This document shows positions 51,541 through 61,292 of a stretch of DNA of 64,000 nt, piece by piece. This DNA comes from an uncultured Chloroflexia bacterium (GTDB lineage Bacteria; Chloroflexota; Limnocylindria; Limnocylindrales; CSP1-4). The DNA is taken from assembly GCA_963750125.1 (NCBI GenBank), contig CAVVPT010000007.1:37053-101052 (forward strand), written 5' to 3'. Made by a program: the position numbers and the translations under genes. Under the pieces are notes generated by a model. The model did not search any database, was not told where the DNA came from, and saw only the letters and a program-made list of their open reading frames with translations. Position 1 is the first letter of the stretch; every line of letters begins with the position of its first letter.

Positions 51541-52470
51541 CTATTGCCGCTCGAGAGCTGTCATGACGAACGTGCCCCGGCAGTAGTGCACCGCCCACTC
51601 GGCGAGCAAGCCGTCGTCGGCATCCCGCCCGATCTCGCAGCTCGCCGCGGCTGGGTCATCGAAGTGACCTGTGATCGCCCAGGGCCCAGTCGCAATATCG
51701 GGAAGGTCGGGCAGCTCGATGCCGGAGTCCGGGTGCGCGGCGATGCGCAAACCGCAGGGGCCACACGCGTCACCCGACAGCAGGGAGCATTCGCGCGCCA
51801 GCCAGTCATGCTCGACGCGCGCGGGGTCGTCCGGGAAGCAGGACAGGTTCGCCTCCAGCTCGAACGACAGGTCGCGCGAACCGAAGCAGTGGATGAGCAC
51901 GTCTTCGTTCGTGATGCCAAGCTGCTGCGCTTCCTTGGGCATTGCCGGGCAATCCACGGCATCGTCGCCGGCAATCCACGTCTCGCCGTCCCGGCTTTCG
52001 AACGCCGCCCACCCGAACAGGGGCCGCTCACCCCACTCGACGAGCGTGTCCACGAGGAACCAGTCATAGCCATCGGCCGCCACTGGACCGGCAGCCACGA
52101 ACGCTCGATCGCCGCTCTGCAGGAGCGGCACGTACTTGATCGATGCGGGATGGACGGTCGGCATGCTTCGCACGCGGACGCCGTCGGCCACGACCTTCCC
52201 GATCGCGGTCCCGGTCTGGGCTGTAGGGGTCGCAGCGCCCTGACAGGAATCGTCGCAATCCAGGCCGGCGATCGCGGACGCGGATGCTGCTGGCGATGGC
52301 GCCGCCGCACTCGGGACTCCAGACCCGGTGGCCGACGGTGACGGCTGGACCGGTGCGGTGGTCGGCGAGGCGCTCGGTGAGACCGCGACGCCGGATGTGC
52401 AGCCGACGAGCACCGCCAGGATGGCGCTCACCAGCGCGACGGTTCTCAGTACCATGACGGCATCCCTCAT
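51541..52470 (-). CDS. secreted lipoprotein, function unknown
   Basis: Signal peptide with lipobox LAVLVGC, a Pro/Ser/Ala linker, several Cys pairs and a possible SH3-like segment (VRVRSMPTVHPASIKYVPLLQSGDRAFV). Confidence 0.6.
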   Translation of the reverse strand: MRDAVMVLRTVALVSAILAVLVGCTSGVAVSPSASPTTAPVQPSPSATGSGVPSAAAPSPAASASAIAGLDCDDSCQGAATPTAQTGTAIGKVVADGVRVRSMPTVHPASIKYVPLLQSGDRAFVAAGPVAADGYDWFLVDTLVEWGERPLFGWAAFESRDGETWIAGDDAVDCPAMPKEAQQLGITNEDVLIHCFGSRDLSFELEANLSCFPDDPARVEHDWLARECSLLSGDACGPCGLRIAAHPDSGIELPDLPDIATGPWAITGHFDDPAAASCEIGRDADDGLLAEWAVHYCRGTFVMTALERQ

Positions 52471-52518
52471 TCCCCGGCAGTGGTGGGACGCGTGGACGCC
52501 TTATCTGTTACGTGGCGA

Positions 52519-53103
52519 TCAACCGGGAGCGCGGCCCCCACGCCGGCGGTGCAACGGGGAGCGACGGGCCGGCCCGCGCTTTGTCGTCGCGCCGCGACCG
52601 GGCTTCCAGCCGGGCCGGTCTGCGTCCTTATCGCCATGGACGGTCTGAGGTGGACGCGGGTTTCCAGTGGCCGGCGCCGAGAGGCGGCCGCGTTCGAGCC
52701 GCCCGATGAGCCATGCCGCGCCCGCCGTTCGAGCGCCCATCGTGCGGAGCCGCCCCCGCAGGTCGCGGTCGTCCGTCACGACGAGGACCTCGTCAGTCGC
52801 CCCGGGTCCCGCAACCGCACGGACGTCGTCGACGAGCGACAGAATCACCGCGTCGGCGGTGCGGGCTCCGGAATAGCGAACGCGCACGCCGGACGCGATC
52901 CGCTCGCCGCGAAGCCCTCGTTCCGGCGGCCCGTCGAACAGCAGCTCGATCGCCGTCCCCGCCGGGATGATCGCCCGCAGGCGACCGATCAGCGCCGCCG
53001 GCGGCTGCGGCTGCGCGCCGCTCGACAGGGCATGGAGCAGGTTCGACCCGTCGACGAGCAGCCTGGACGTGTTCGCCAGCGGGTCGCGCGGCCGGTCCGT
53101 CAC
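52519..53103 (-). CDS. YacP/Rae1-like NYN (PIN-like) domain ribonuclease
   Basis: GTG at 53103, 10 nt after the upstream stop. LLVDGSNLLH, ELLFDGPP, ARTADAVILSLV, VLVVTDDRDLRGRLRTMGA match the NYN_YacP pattern. Confidence 0.65.
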   Translation of the reverse strand: MTDRPRDPLANTSRLLVDGSNLLHALSSGAQPQPPAALIGRLRAIIPAGTAIELLFDGPPERGLRGERIASGVRVRYSGARTADAVILSLVDDVRAVAGPGATDEVLVVTDDRDLRGRLRTMGARTAGAAWLIGRLERGRLSAPATGNPRPPQTVHGDKDADRPGWKPGRGATTKRGPARRSPLHRRRGGRAPG

Positions 53104-53113
53104 TGCCGGTCCG

Positions 53114-56095
53114 TCACTGATAGCTGATCCGTTCCGCCAGGGTGGCGAGCATCGCCATCGCGGCCTCCGGCCGCTCCTGGAGGATCGCCCGGAGGGCTTC
53201 CCCGCCGATGCACAACCCGCGCACGTCCTCCTCCGCAACGACGGTCGCGGCCCGAGGCCGGTCCCGGAGTACCGCCAGTTCGCCGATGTGGTCGCCGGCT
53301 GCGTACGTCCGGACGTAGCGTTCCGTCTCGCCGTCGCGCTTGGTAATGCGGACGGAACCGTCGACGATCACGATCAGCTCGTCACCGAAGTCCCCCTCGC
53401 GGACGAGCGCCTCGCCGGCGGGATAGAGCCGCTCCTGCGCCGTAGCGGCGATCCGCTGCAGGTCTTCAGGGTCGAGCTCGCTGAACAGCGGGACACGGCG
53501 AAGCACGACCATCCGGTCGAGTTCGCCGAGCGTACGAGACGTTTCGGTCACGGGCGGTCCTCCAACCAAGGGCATTGTCGCGGCTGTGGCGCGGACGATG
53601 GGGTCGGGATCGCTCGTCGCGCGCGAAACGAGCGCCTCGTAGGTGTGCGTGATCTGCTCGCCCAGCGCGCGCAGCGCGAGCGCACGGATCCAGGGGTCGG
53701 GATCCTCGCCGAGCATTCGCAGCGCATCGTCCGTGGCCTCGCGGGTTGCCGGCACGTCTGTGTCGAGCAGCCGGACGACATCGCGCGCGAGCTCGCGGTC
53801 GCCCAGGGCGTCGATTGCTTCGATCGCCTGGGCGCGGACGTCCGGGTCGGGGGCACGCAGACTGCGCCGGAGGAGGCCAGTCGCCTCGGGCGCGCCGAGC
53901 GTTGCGACGGCGGTGAGCAACTGCGCCTCCGTCCGGCGGCCGCGGCGGGCGATGAGCCCGCGCAGGAAGTCGAGGCTAGCGGCGTCCGAGGCGCCGTTGC
54001 TGTCGTCGGTCACCCGACTGTCAAGCGCTGCCGCGTGCGTGCGGAGGCGGGTCATCCGGGCGACGCGCTCGCGCGCCCATGCGCGGACCGGTTCGATTCC
54101 TTCATCGCCGGTCCGTTCGAGCCCACGGACCGCAGCCTCTTGCGCCCGCTCGGATCCCGTCTCGAGCACCTCGACGAGGGTTGTCGCCGCGAGGTCGTGG
54201 CCGGCCAGCGTCTGCGCGGCGACCCTCCGGACCGGTAGTGCATCGTCGTCGAGGGCGGCAACGAGGAGTGCCAGTGCCGCGGGCTCGTCGGTGCCTTCGG
54301 CGTGGAGTGCCGGCGCGAATGCCTCGGCGGCGGCTGCCCGAACCCGCGCCGACGGATCGACAATGCCCGTGGATGCCAGGTCGGCCAGCCGGGGTGGGTG
54401 TGCTCGCGCGGCGGCCGCGAGCCCGGCCGCGCGATCAACCGGATCATCTGAGCCGAGCAGGGCGTCGAGGAGTGCGTCGGATCGTTGGTGATCGCCGGCA
54501 ACGGCGAGCGCCACTGCCAGCTCCGCGCGAACGGGGGTCGCCCCATCGTCCTCCAGTTGCTCAGCCAGCGCCGCTCCCGCGGAGGGCCGGCACGTCGTCA
54601 ACGCGCGCACGGCTGCCGCGCGCACGGCGGGATCCCTGTCGGCGAGCAGCGGATCGATCGCCGGCGCCGATGACGAGTCGCCCAGGCGTCCGAGCAGGTC
54701 GGCGGCCATGATACGGACGGCGGGGATCGGGTCCGCCAGCGCGGTGACGAGCTCGCCCTTGACCGCCGGGTCCCGACCGATCGCTGCCAGGCCCGGTCCG
54801 CCCTCGAGTACCTGCTCCCCGAGTCCCGCTCGAAGCGTCAGGACCAGCGCGGCGCCGTAGCGGCGCCGGACCTGGATCACGACCCACGTACACAGCACGG
54901 CAGTCGCGAGGCCGAGGGCGAACACCGGCGTCAGGCTCGCGGCCGCGATCGCGCCGGCGACCAGCAGCAGGACGCCCGAAAGGCTCGCCCCCAGCTGTCC
55001 GGGCACGCCGTCCATGAACGCAAGCACCTGCGGCCGCCGCTCGCTCGGGACGACCGTGTACATGGCACTCCACGCCGCGTTCGAGATGCTCCGTTGAACG
55101 ACCTGTTGGCTGAACGACACCGCGACGGCGGTCGCGAGCGTGAACTGGACGAGCCACGTCCCGAACCCCAGGACGTAGACGACCGGCAGGAGAAGTGCAG
55201 CCGCCGCCACGCCGAAGCGGGCGAAGATCCGGTTCGCCAACGCGATCGACACCACGAACGACGCTGCCGTGACCCCGGCCTGCACGAGGCCGACGAACGT
55301 GGCCAGCGCGGCGTCGTCGTCGCCGAATGCATCCGCGATCGCGGTCTGGTACGGGAACTGGACCGAGAACATGAGGATCGAGAACAGGACATACGCGACG
55401 GCAACGAGTCGCAGAAGCGGCGACCGGCGCACGTCGTCGAAGCCGGCCCTGAGCTGGGAGAGGACCGATGTCGCGGCCGCTCCGCGAGCCTGCGCTCGAA
55501 CCGTCCGCGTGGCCCGCGTGCCGATCCGGGCCGCGAACGCTGCGCCAAGGACGATCAACCCGGCAACGAGCAGCACGAGGTTCTCGGGGCCGAGCACCCC
55601 GGTCAGCGGACCTGCCGCGAGCGTCCCGACGAACCCCCCGGCAATGGCTGCACTCGTGATCAACGGGAAGAGGCGCTTCGCCTGTCGAGCATCGAGTGCG
55701 GTCGCCGCAATCGTCCAGACCACCGTCAGCATGATCGTGTTCACGACGTTGATCGCGACGCCGATGATGCCGAAGGCAATGGGAGCGCCGGTTGCGAGCG
55801 TCAGGCGAAGCACCACCAGGGTTCCGGCGAATGCGAGCAGCAGCCCGACGAGGAACGGCCGCCGAGGCAGCTTCCCCAGCCCCACGCCGTACCCCAGCGC
55901 CACGACCAGGCTCACGCCACCGAGCGCGATGTAGAGGTACGGCAGGTAGCTGGGCCCGAGGCTACTGAGGAAGAGGGTGACGTAGGCGACCTCCCCGGCG
56001 CCGCGGGCCGCCTCGATGGACGCGAACAGGCCAGCGAGGAGTGCGACCGTCCTGCCCTCGCCCGCCCGGACGGCGAGCATCGCGGGAGCCTTCAC
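53114..56095 (-). CDS. 12-TM ATP:ADP-antiporter-like/MFS-like transporter domain fused to HEAT repeats and a C-terminal cyclic-nucleotide-binding domain
   Basis: 993 aa. About 430 aa are polytopic. Many D(P)xVRxxAxxALG HEAT-like repeats follow. The CAP_ED is LFSELDPEDLQRIA..REGDFGDELIVIVDGSV..GDHIGELAVLRDRPRAATVVA. The GTG start overlaps the upstream stop (GTGA). Confidence 0.8.
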   Translation of the reverse strand: MKAPAMLAVRAGEGRTVALLAGLFASIEAARGAGEVAYVTLFLSSLGPSYLPYLYIALGGVSLVVALGYGVGLGKLPRRPFLVGLLLAFAGTLVVLRLTLATGAPIAFGIIGVAINVVNTIMLTVVWTIAATALDARQAKRLFPLITSAAIAGGFVGTLAAGPLTGVLGPENLVLLVAGLIVLGAAFAARIGTRATRTVRAQARGAAATSVLSQLRAGFDDVRRSPLLRLVAVAYVLFSILMFSVQFPYQTAIADAFGDDDAALATFVGLVQAGVTAASFVVSIALANRIFARFGVAAAALLLPVVYVLGFGTWLVQFTLATAVAVSFSQQVVQRSISNAAWSAMYTVVPSERRPQVLAFMDGVPGQLGASLSGVLLLVAGAIAAASLTPVFALGLATAVLCTWVVIQVRRRYGAALVLTLRAGLGEQVLEGGPGLAAIGRDPAVKGELVTALADPIPAVRIMAADLLGRLGDSSSAPAIDPLLADRDPAVRAAAVRALTTCRPSAGAALAEQLEDDGATPVRAELAVALAVAGDHQRSDALLDALLGSDDPVDRAAGLAAAARAHPPRLADLASTGIVDPSARVRAAAAEAFAPALHAEGTDEPAALALLVAALDDDALPVRRVAAQTLAGHDLAATTLVEVLETGSERAQEAAVRGLERTGDEGIEPVRAWARERVARMTRLRTHAAALDSRVTDDSNGASDAASLDFLRGLIARRGRRTEAQLLTAVATLGAPEATGLLRRSLRAPDPDVRAQAIEAIDALGDRELARDVVRLLDTDVPATREATDDALRMLGEDPDPWIRALALRALGEQITHTYEALVSRATSDPDPIVRATAATMPLVGGPPVTETSRTLGELDRMVVLRRVPLFSELDPEDLQRIAATAQERLYPAGEALVREGDFGDELIVIVDGSVRITKRDGETERYVRTYAAGDHIGELAVLRDRPRAATVVAEEDVRGLCIGGEALRAILQERPEAAMAMLATLAERISYQ

Positions 56096-58735
56096 GGCCT
56101 CGCTGGTTCGGAGATCAGCTCGGCGGCATGGTCGATCATGTAGTCGAGCACGGCGTCCGTGCTCATGGTTTCGCCGTGCGCCCGTGCTGCGGCCAGCTCA
56201 GGTTGTTCAAGCGCCGCGAGCAGCTCGTCGAGCGGACCACCGAGGGCCAGGAACCCAGTCCGGGTTCATCGGTGGACGGACGCCGTACCTTCGACAGTGG
56301 CCCTCGAAGGCGCCAAGCACGGTCGCAGCTTCCTCGAGCCGCCCAGCGACTGCCCACAGTGCGGCGGCCGCGCGCAGCGTCAGCGTTATCGTCGCCACGT
56401 CGCCCATCGCCTGGTTCGCCTGCAAGCTCCGGAGGCCGAGCCGGACCGCTGTCGGCATGTCGCGTTCCATCAGCGCAATGCCGCCCATCGCCGCCGTCAC
56501 CATGGCGATGTAGAAGTCGTCTTCCGCTCGCTCGAACTCCACGAGTGTGCCGGCGATGATCGCCCGGGCTTCGTCGCTTCGCCCCGCGAACGCAAGGGGA
56601 TACGCGGTTGTCCAGGTGAGCCGTGCCAATTGGAGATCGTTCCCCAGCTCGCGATAGATCGTCCCGGACTCTGTGCGCAGGGTTTCCTGAGCGGCAGTGT
56701 CCTCCGGGTGGAGGACCACCTGCGTGTGGATCAAGTTGAACGACGCATCGGCGATCCCGAGCTGGTCGCCCAGGGTCCGCGCCAGCGCGAGCTGGCCCTC
56801 GTAGTGGACGTGGGCTTCCGGGACGTCGGCTGCCCACCAGGCGAGGCCGCCGGCCGCCTCGAGCGCACGCATGCGCCAGGCCGTCGCGACGTCACCGCCC
56901 GGCATGGCCAGCACCTCGGAGGCCCTTGTGACGCCCTCCGTTACGTGGCCGCGGAACTGCCAGAATCGCCAGGACGCCGCGAGCAATCGGTGAGCCAGCT
57001 CCGCGTCGTCGCGCTCCAACGCCCAGCCGAACGCCGCACGCAGGTTGTCGTGATCGACCGTCATCCGGTCGAGCCATGGGAGTTGGTGGCGGCTCGGCAG
57101 GTGTCGCGCCGCTTCCTCGGCCAGGACAAGGTAGGCACGGGCGTGCCGATCCCGGACGTGCGAGGTCTCGTCGCGTTCGGCGATTCGCCCCGCCGCGAAG
57201 CGCTGGATCGTCTCGAGCAGCCGATAGCGGGGCACGTCCGGTCCAGGGATCGACTCGACGAGGCTCTGCTCCACGAGCACGGAGAGCGCATCGATCGGCT
57301 CGGCGCCCAGGTCGGGCGCCGGCCCGCCGACGGCTTCGAGTTCCGCGAGCCGGAACCCTCCGGCAAACACTGACAGCCGTTCGAGCAAACGCCGAGCCGG
57401 TTCGTCGAGGAGCGAATAGCTCCACGCGATGGCGTCTGTGAGCGTTCGCTGGCGAGCGGGCAGGTCGCGAGGTGCGACCCCGGGGAGGTCCAGTCGCCGG
57501 GTGAGCTGGTCCGCGATTACGGGCGCAGGGAGCAGACCGATCCGAGAGGCCGCGAGCTCGATCCCGAGCGGCAGCCCGTCGAGGTGGTCGCAGATGTCGG
57601 CCACGGCTCCGCGGTTCTCGTCCGTCAGCCCGAAGGACGGATCTGCGCGCCGGGCCCGCTCTACGAACAGGCCGATCGCATCGGAAGGATCGAGCCGGCC
57701 GATCGGCAGCTCCTGCTCCAGGCCGATGCGCAGCGGCGCCCGACTCGTCACGACGACCCGCACCTCGGGCCCGACCCCCTCGAGAAGGGCGTGGATCTCC
57801 GCCGCCGCCGGCATGAGGTGCTCGAAGTTGTCGAGGACCAGCAAGATGGATCGGTCCGCACAGGAACCCATGCAGGCGTTCGATGGTTGTCGTCGCCGGT
57901 GATTCGACGAGGCCGAACGTCCCGGCGATCGCGTCGAGGACGAGCTCGGGATCCTCGATCCCCTCGAGTCGCACCAGCCACGCCCCGTCGGCGAATGAAG
58001 CTGCCCGACGCCGCGCGGTCTCGATGGCAAGGCGGGTCTTGCCCGCGCCGCCCGGTCCGGTCAGCGTGACGAGCGCCGGACTCGCCGATCAGGCGTTCCA
58101 GCATCTCGAGCTCGCGGTCCCGCCCGACGAAGCTGGTCAGGCGATTCGGCAGGTTCCCGGCGGCACTGCTCGGCGGCGGCCAGTGGCGGGAAGTTCGACG
58201 GCAGACCCTCGATCACCAGCTGGTGCAGTGGCTCGGGGCGATCCAGGTCGCGCAATCGATGCGGTCCGAGCGAACGCACCGAGACGCCGGCGGGAAGGTC
58301 GTCGGCCGCCAGCGCACGGGTCGCGTCCGACAGCAGGACCTGGCCGCCGTGACCGAGGCCCGTGATGCGCGCGGCACGGTTGACGTCGATCCCGACGTAA
58401 TCGTCCCCGCCAAGCCGGGCGATTCCGGTATGGATCCCCATGCGCACCCTGACTCCGGTGGCCACCGGCCACTCGGCACCGGCCAGCGCACGCTGCGCGT
58501 CGGCAGCGGCGGCCACTGCCGCAGGCGCCTCGTGGAACATGACCAGGAACGAGTCACCTTGCGTGCCGCGTTCCGTCGCACCGTACCGCCCGAACGCCTC
58601 GCGAAGGACCGCGTTGTGGCGCTCGAGGACCTCCGTGAAGACCGCCGGGCCAAGATCCTGGACGAGCCGGGTCGAACCCTCCATGTCCGAGAACAGGAAG
58701 GTCACCGTTCCGGTGGGAAGCACCCCCTCCGCCAT
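56092..58735 (-). pseudogene. second class III cyclase-STAND NTPase-TPR gene, at least 4 frameshifts
   Basis: Cyclase motifs: FLFSDMEGSTRL, GDSFLVMF, RVRMGIHTG, GIDVNRAARI. Linker: NLPNRLTSFVGRDRELEMLERL. Walker A is LTGPGGAGKTRLA and Walker B is ILLVLDNFEHL. The TPR body and the tail (LDELLAALEQPELAAARAHGETMSTDAVLDYMI) follow. These lie in five frame segments, with shifts near 58130, 58085, 57850 and 56265. Confidence 0.8.
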
Positions 58736-58793
58736 GACCGCCAGCATACGGCCCGAAACGTCCGATCCCAAGGTGTCCGCTACCATCCCGCGG

Positions 58794-59666
58794 GTGAGCC
58801 TCCTCCTGCTCGTCGACCTCGATGGGGTGGTGTACCGCGGTGCCGAGCCCGTCCCAGGCGTGGCCGAAGTGCTCGCCGCGCGAGCCGCCGCCGGCGACGA
58901 CGTGGTCTATGTCACGAACAACTCGATGCACTACCGGGCCGACTACGTCATCCGCCTCGCGGGCATGGGGGCCCCGGTCACCCCGGAAACCGTGGTCTCG
59001 TCGGCACGCGCGACGGCGCTGTACCTCGCCGAGCAGGATCCGCAGATCCGGCACGTCCTGGTGCTGGGGGCCGGCGGGCTCGAACGGGAGGCGCGGGACG
59101 TTGGCTTGGAGGTAGTGACCGCGGCGCACGCCGCGACGCGGATGCAGCAAGAGGGGATCGACGGGTACGCCGCCGCCGGCGAGCCCGATGCCGTCCTCGT
59201 TGGGCTGGACCCAAACCTGACCTACCTTCGACTCGCCGCCGCAGCCGATTGCGTCCGGGCTGGCGCCCGGTTCATCGCGACGAACCGCGACCCGGTCTAC
59301 CCGACGGAGCGCGGCATCCGGCCAGGCGCGGGCGCCATCGTGGCCGCCGTCGAGGCGACGACCGGCGTCACGCCGATCTCGATCGGAAAGCCGGCCCCAC
59401 GGCTGCTCGAGATCGCGGCGCACGCGGTCGGGCGCGACCCCCGCGAGGCGATCATGGTCGGCGACGGGATCCTCACGGACCTCGCGGCCGCGAACGCCCT
59501 CGGTGCCCGCTGCGTGTTCATGCTCACGGGCGTGTCGACCCGCGAGCAGCTCCGGGCGCTGGCGCCGGGCGACCAGCCGGTTGCCGTCGCCGAGGATGCG
59601 GCGCAACTCGCCGCTGCGCTCGCAACCCTGGCCGCTGAGCAGGCCACCGCCGCCGCGCCGGCCTGA
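58794..59666 (+). CDS. HAD-IIA family hydrolase (NagD-like sugar phosphatase)
   Basis: GTG at 58794. Motif I LLVDLDGVVYRG, YVTNNS, GKPAP, MVGDGILTDLAAANALG. Confidence 0.8.
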   Translation: MSLLLLVDLDGVVYRGAEPVPGVAEVLAARAAAGDDVVYVTNNSMHYRADYVIRLAGMGAPVTPETVVSSARATALYLAEQDPQIRHVLVLGAGGLEREARDVGLEVVTAAHAATRMQQEGIDGYAAAGEPDAVLVGLDPNLTYLRLAAAADCVRAGARFIATNRDPVYPTERGIRPGAGAIVAAVEATTGVTPISIGKPAPRLLEIAAHAVGRDPREAIMVGDGILTDLAAANALGARCVFMLTGVSTREQLRALAPGDQPVAVAEDAAQLAAALATLAAEQATAAAPA

Positions 59667-59701
59667 CGAAACATCGCGGCGGGCCGCGGCGTCTGGCGGG
59701 C

Positions 59702-60136
59702 ATGTCGAGACTCCTCGCCGCGGCCTTCGCCGCGATCGTCGTCCTCGTCGCCGCGTGCGGCGGGGCGTCCTCGTCCACGCAGCTTTCGGTGCCGCCGGTC
59801 GCGCTCGACCCGGCCGGCGAGTGGCAGCTGACGGCCGGCACGGTCGACGGTCAGCCGCTCGCCCTGATCGCCGACGCTCCCGTGACCTTCGTCGTCGACG
59901 GTTCGAACGTGAGCGGTCGGTCGGCGTGCAATCAGTACTTCGGCCAGGTCGCGCTCGTCGACGGGCACGTCACGCTGAGCGGACTTGGCGGCACCGAAAT
60001 GGCCTGCGAGGCGCAGATCATGACCCTGGAGGGTGCGTATCTGGCCGGTCTGGCCAAGGTCGAGGCCGCCCGGATGGACGGCGACGCCCTCGTCCTGACC
60101 GGGCCTGGCACGGAACTTCGCTTCGAGCGTGACTAA
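59702..60136 (+). CDS. META domain (HslJ-like) lipoprotein
   Basis: Lipobox LVAAC. GRSACNQYFG and GGTEMAC are typical of the META domain. Confidence 0.75.
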   Translation: MSRLLAAAFAAIVVLVAACGGASSSTQLSVPPVALDPAGEWQLTAGTVDGQPLALIADAPVTFVVDGSNVSGRSACNQYFGQVALVDGHVTLSGLGGTEMACEAQIMTLEGAYLAGLAKVEAARMDGDALVLTGPGTELRFERD

Positions 60137-61206
60137 GCCAACTCTGGAACGCGCGCGGCCCACGCATCGAATGCGGCCCGTAGACGGGCAAGCGTATCGG
60201 AGTCCGCGAAGCCGACGTCGAGCGCGTGCCGGTCGATCGCCCACAGCTCCGGGACTGACAGGCCGATCTGCTCGACTGCCCGCACGTATTCCTCCGAGAG
60301 GCTGATGTCCGAGACCGTGAGGTCGTCCGTGCTCAACGACACGGGCACCCCGAGCCGGTGCAGGGCAGCCAGCGGGTGCGCCGCCACCGACTCCACGGTC
60401 CCCGCCTGCACGTTCGACGTCGGGCACAGGTCCAGCGTGATTTCCCGATCGGCCAGCTCGCGGCAGAGCGCCGGATCCTCGATGGTCAGCGAGCCGTGCG
60501 CGATCCGTTCGGGCTCCACCGCGAGCGCCCGCCGGACCTGCGCGGCGCCGCCCCACTCGCCGGCATGGAGCGTGATCCGCAGCCCGCCGGCCCGCGCCGC
60601 CTCGAAGGCGCGCGCATGATGGAGCGGGTCGGGGTATGCGGCCTCCGGCCCCGCGAGATCCCAACCGGTGAGGCCCTGGTCGACGAACCGCGACGCCGCC
60701 TCCGCAAGGACCACGTTGTCCGCGGGATCATGCGAGCGGAGGGCGGTGCAGATCAGCCGGACGGTCGTACCAGTTCGTTCGGCCGCCTCGCGCGCCCCGC
60801 GACAGACCGCCGCAATCCCGTCGGCAAACGAAAGCCCGCGCGCGACGTGGAGCAGCGGTCCCCAGCGAATCTCGACGTAGCGGACGCTGTCCGCGGCCTT
60901 CGCAATGACCAGCTCGGCGGTGATCTGCTGGAGCGCCTCCGCGTCCTGCATCAGGGCGATGGGCAGGTCGAAGGCGCGCAGCAGCTCGGCCTGGTCGGTG
61001 CAACGCTCCGGCGCGACGAGCGCCCCGTACATTCCCGCCCAGTCGGACGGGGCGTCCACCCGGCGCGTGCGCGCCAGCTCGAGCGCGGTGTCCACCCGGA
61101 CCGATCCGTCGAGGTGGAGATGGAGCTCCGCCTTGGGCATCGCCTCGATGAGCCGGCGGAGCGGCCGGCCGGCGATGCCGTTGGCAGTGGGGTGTGGGTC
61201 GGCCAT
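60133..61206 (-). CDS. add: adenosine deaminase
   Basis: 357 aa. MPKAELHLHLDGS, ITLHAGE, SLSTDD. Confidence 0.85.
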   Translation of the reverse strand: MADPHPTANGIAGRPLRRLIEAMPKAELHLHLDGSVRVDTALELARTRRVDAPSDWAGMYGALVAPERCTDQAELLRAFDLPIALMQDAEALQQITAELVIAKAADSVRYVEIRWGPLLHVARGLSFADGIAAVCRGAREAAERTGTTVRLICTALRSHDPADNVVLAEAASRFVDQGLTGWDLAGPEAAYPDPLHHARAFEAARAGGLRITLHAGEWGGAAQVRRALAVEPERIAHGSLTIEDPALCRELADREITLDLCPTSNVQAGTVESVAAHPLAALHRLGVPVSLSTDDLTVSDISLSEEYVRAVEQIGLSVPELWAIDRHALDVGFADSDTLARLRAAFDAWAARVPELA

Positions 61207-61292
61207 CGACCGATGCTACGATTCCGCGCCGTCGGCGGCGCGCCCGCCATGCACTGACGCCAGGAGGGAATGCACGAGCCGATGACGCCGCG

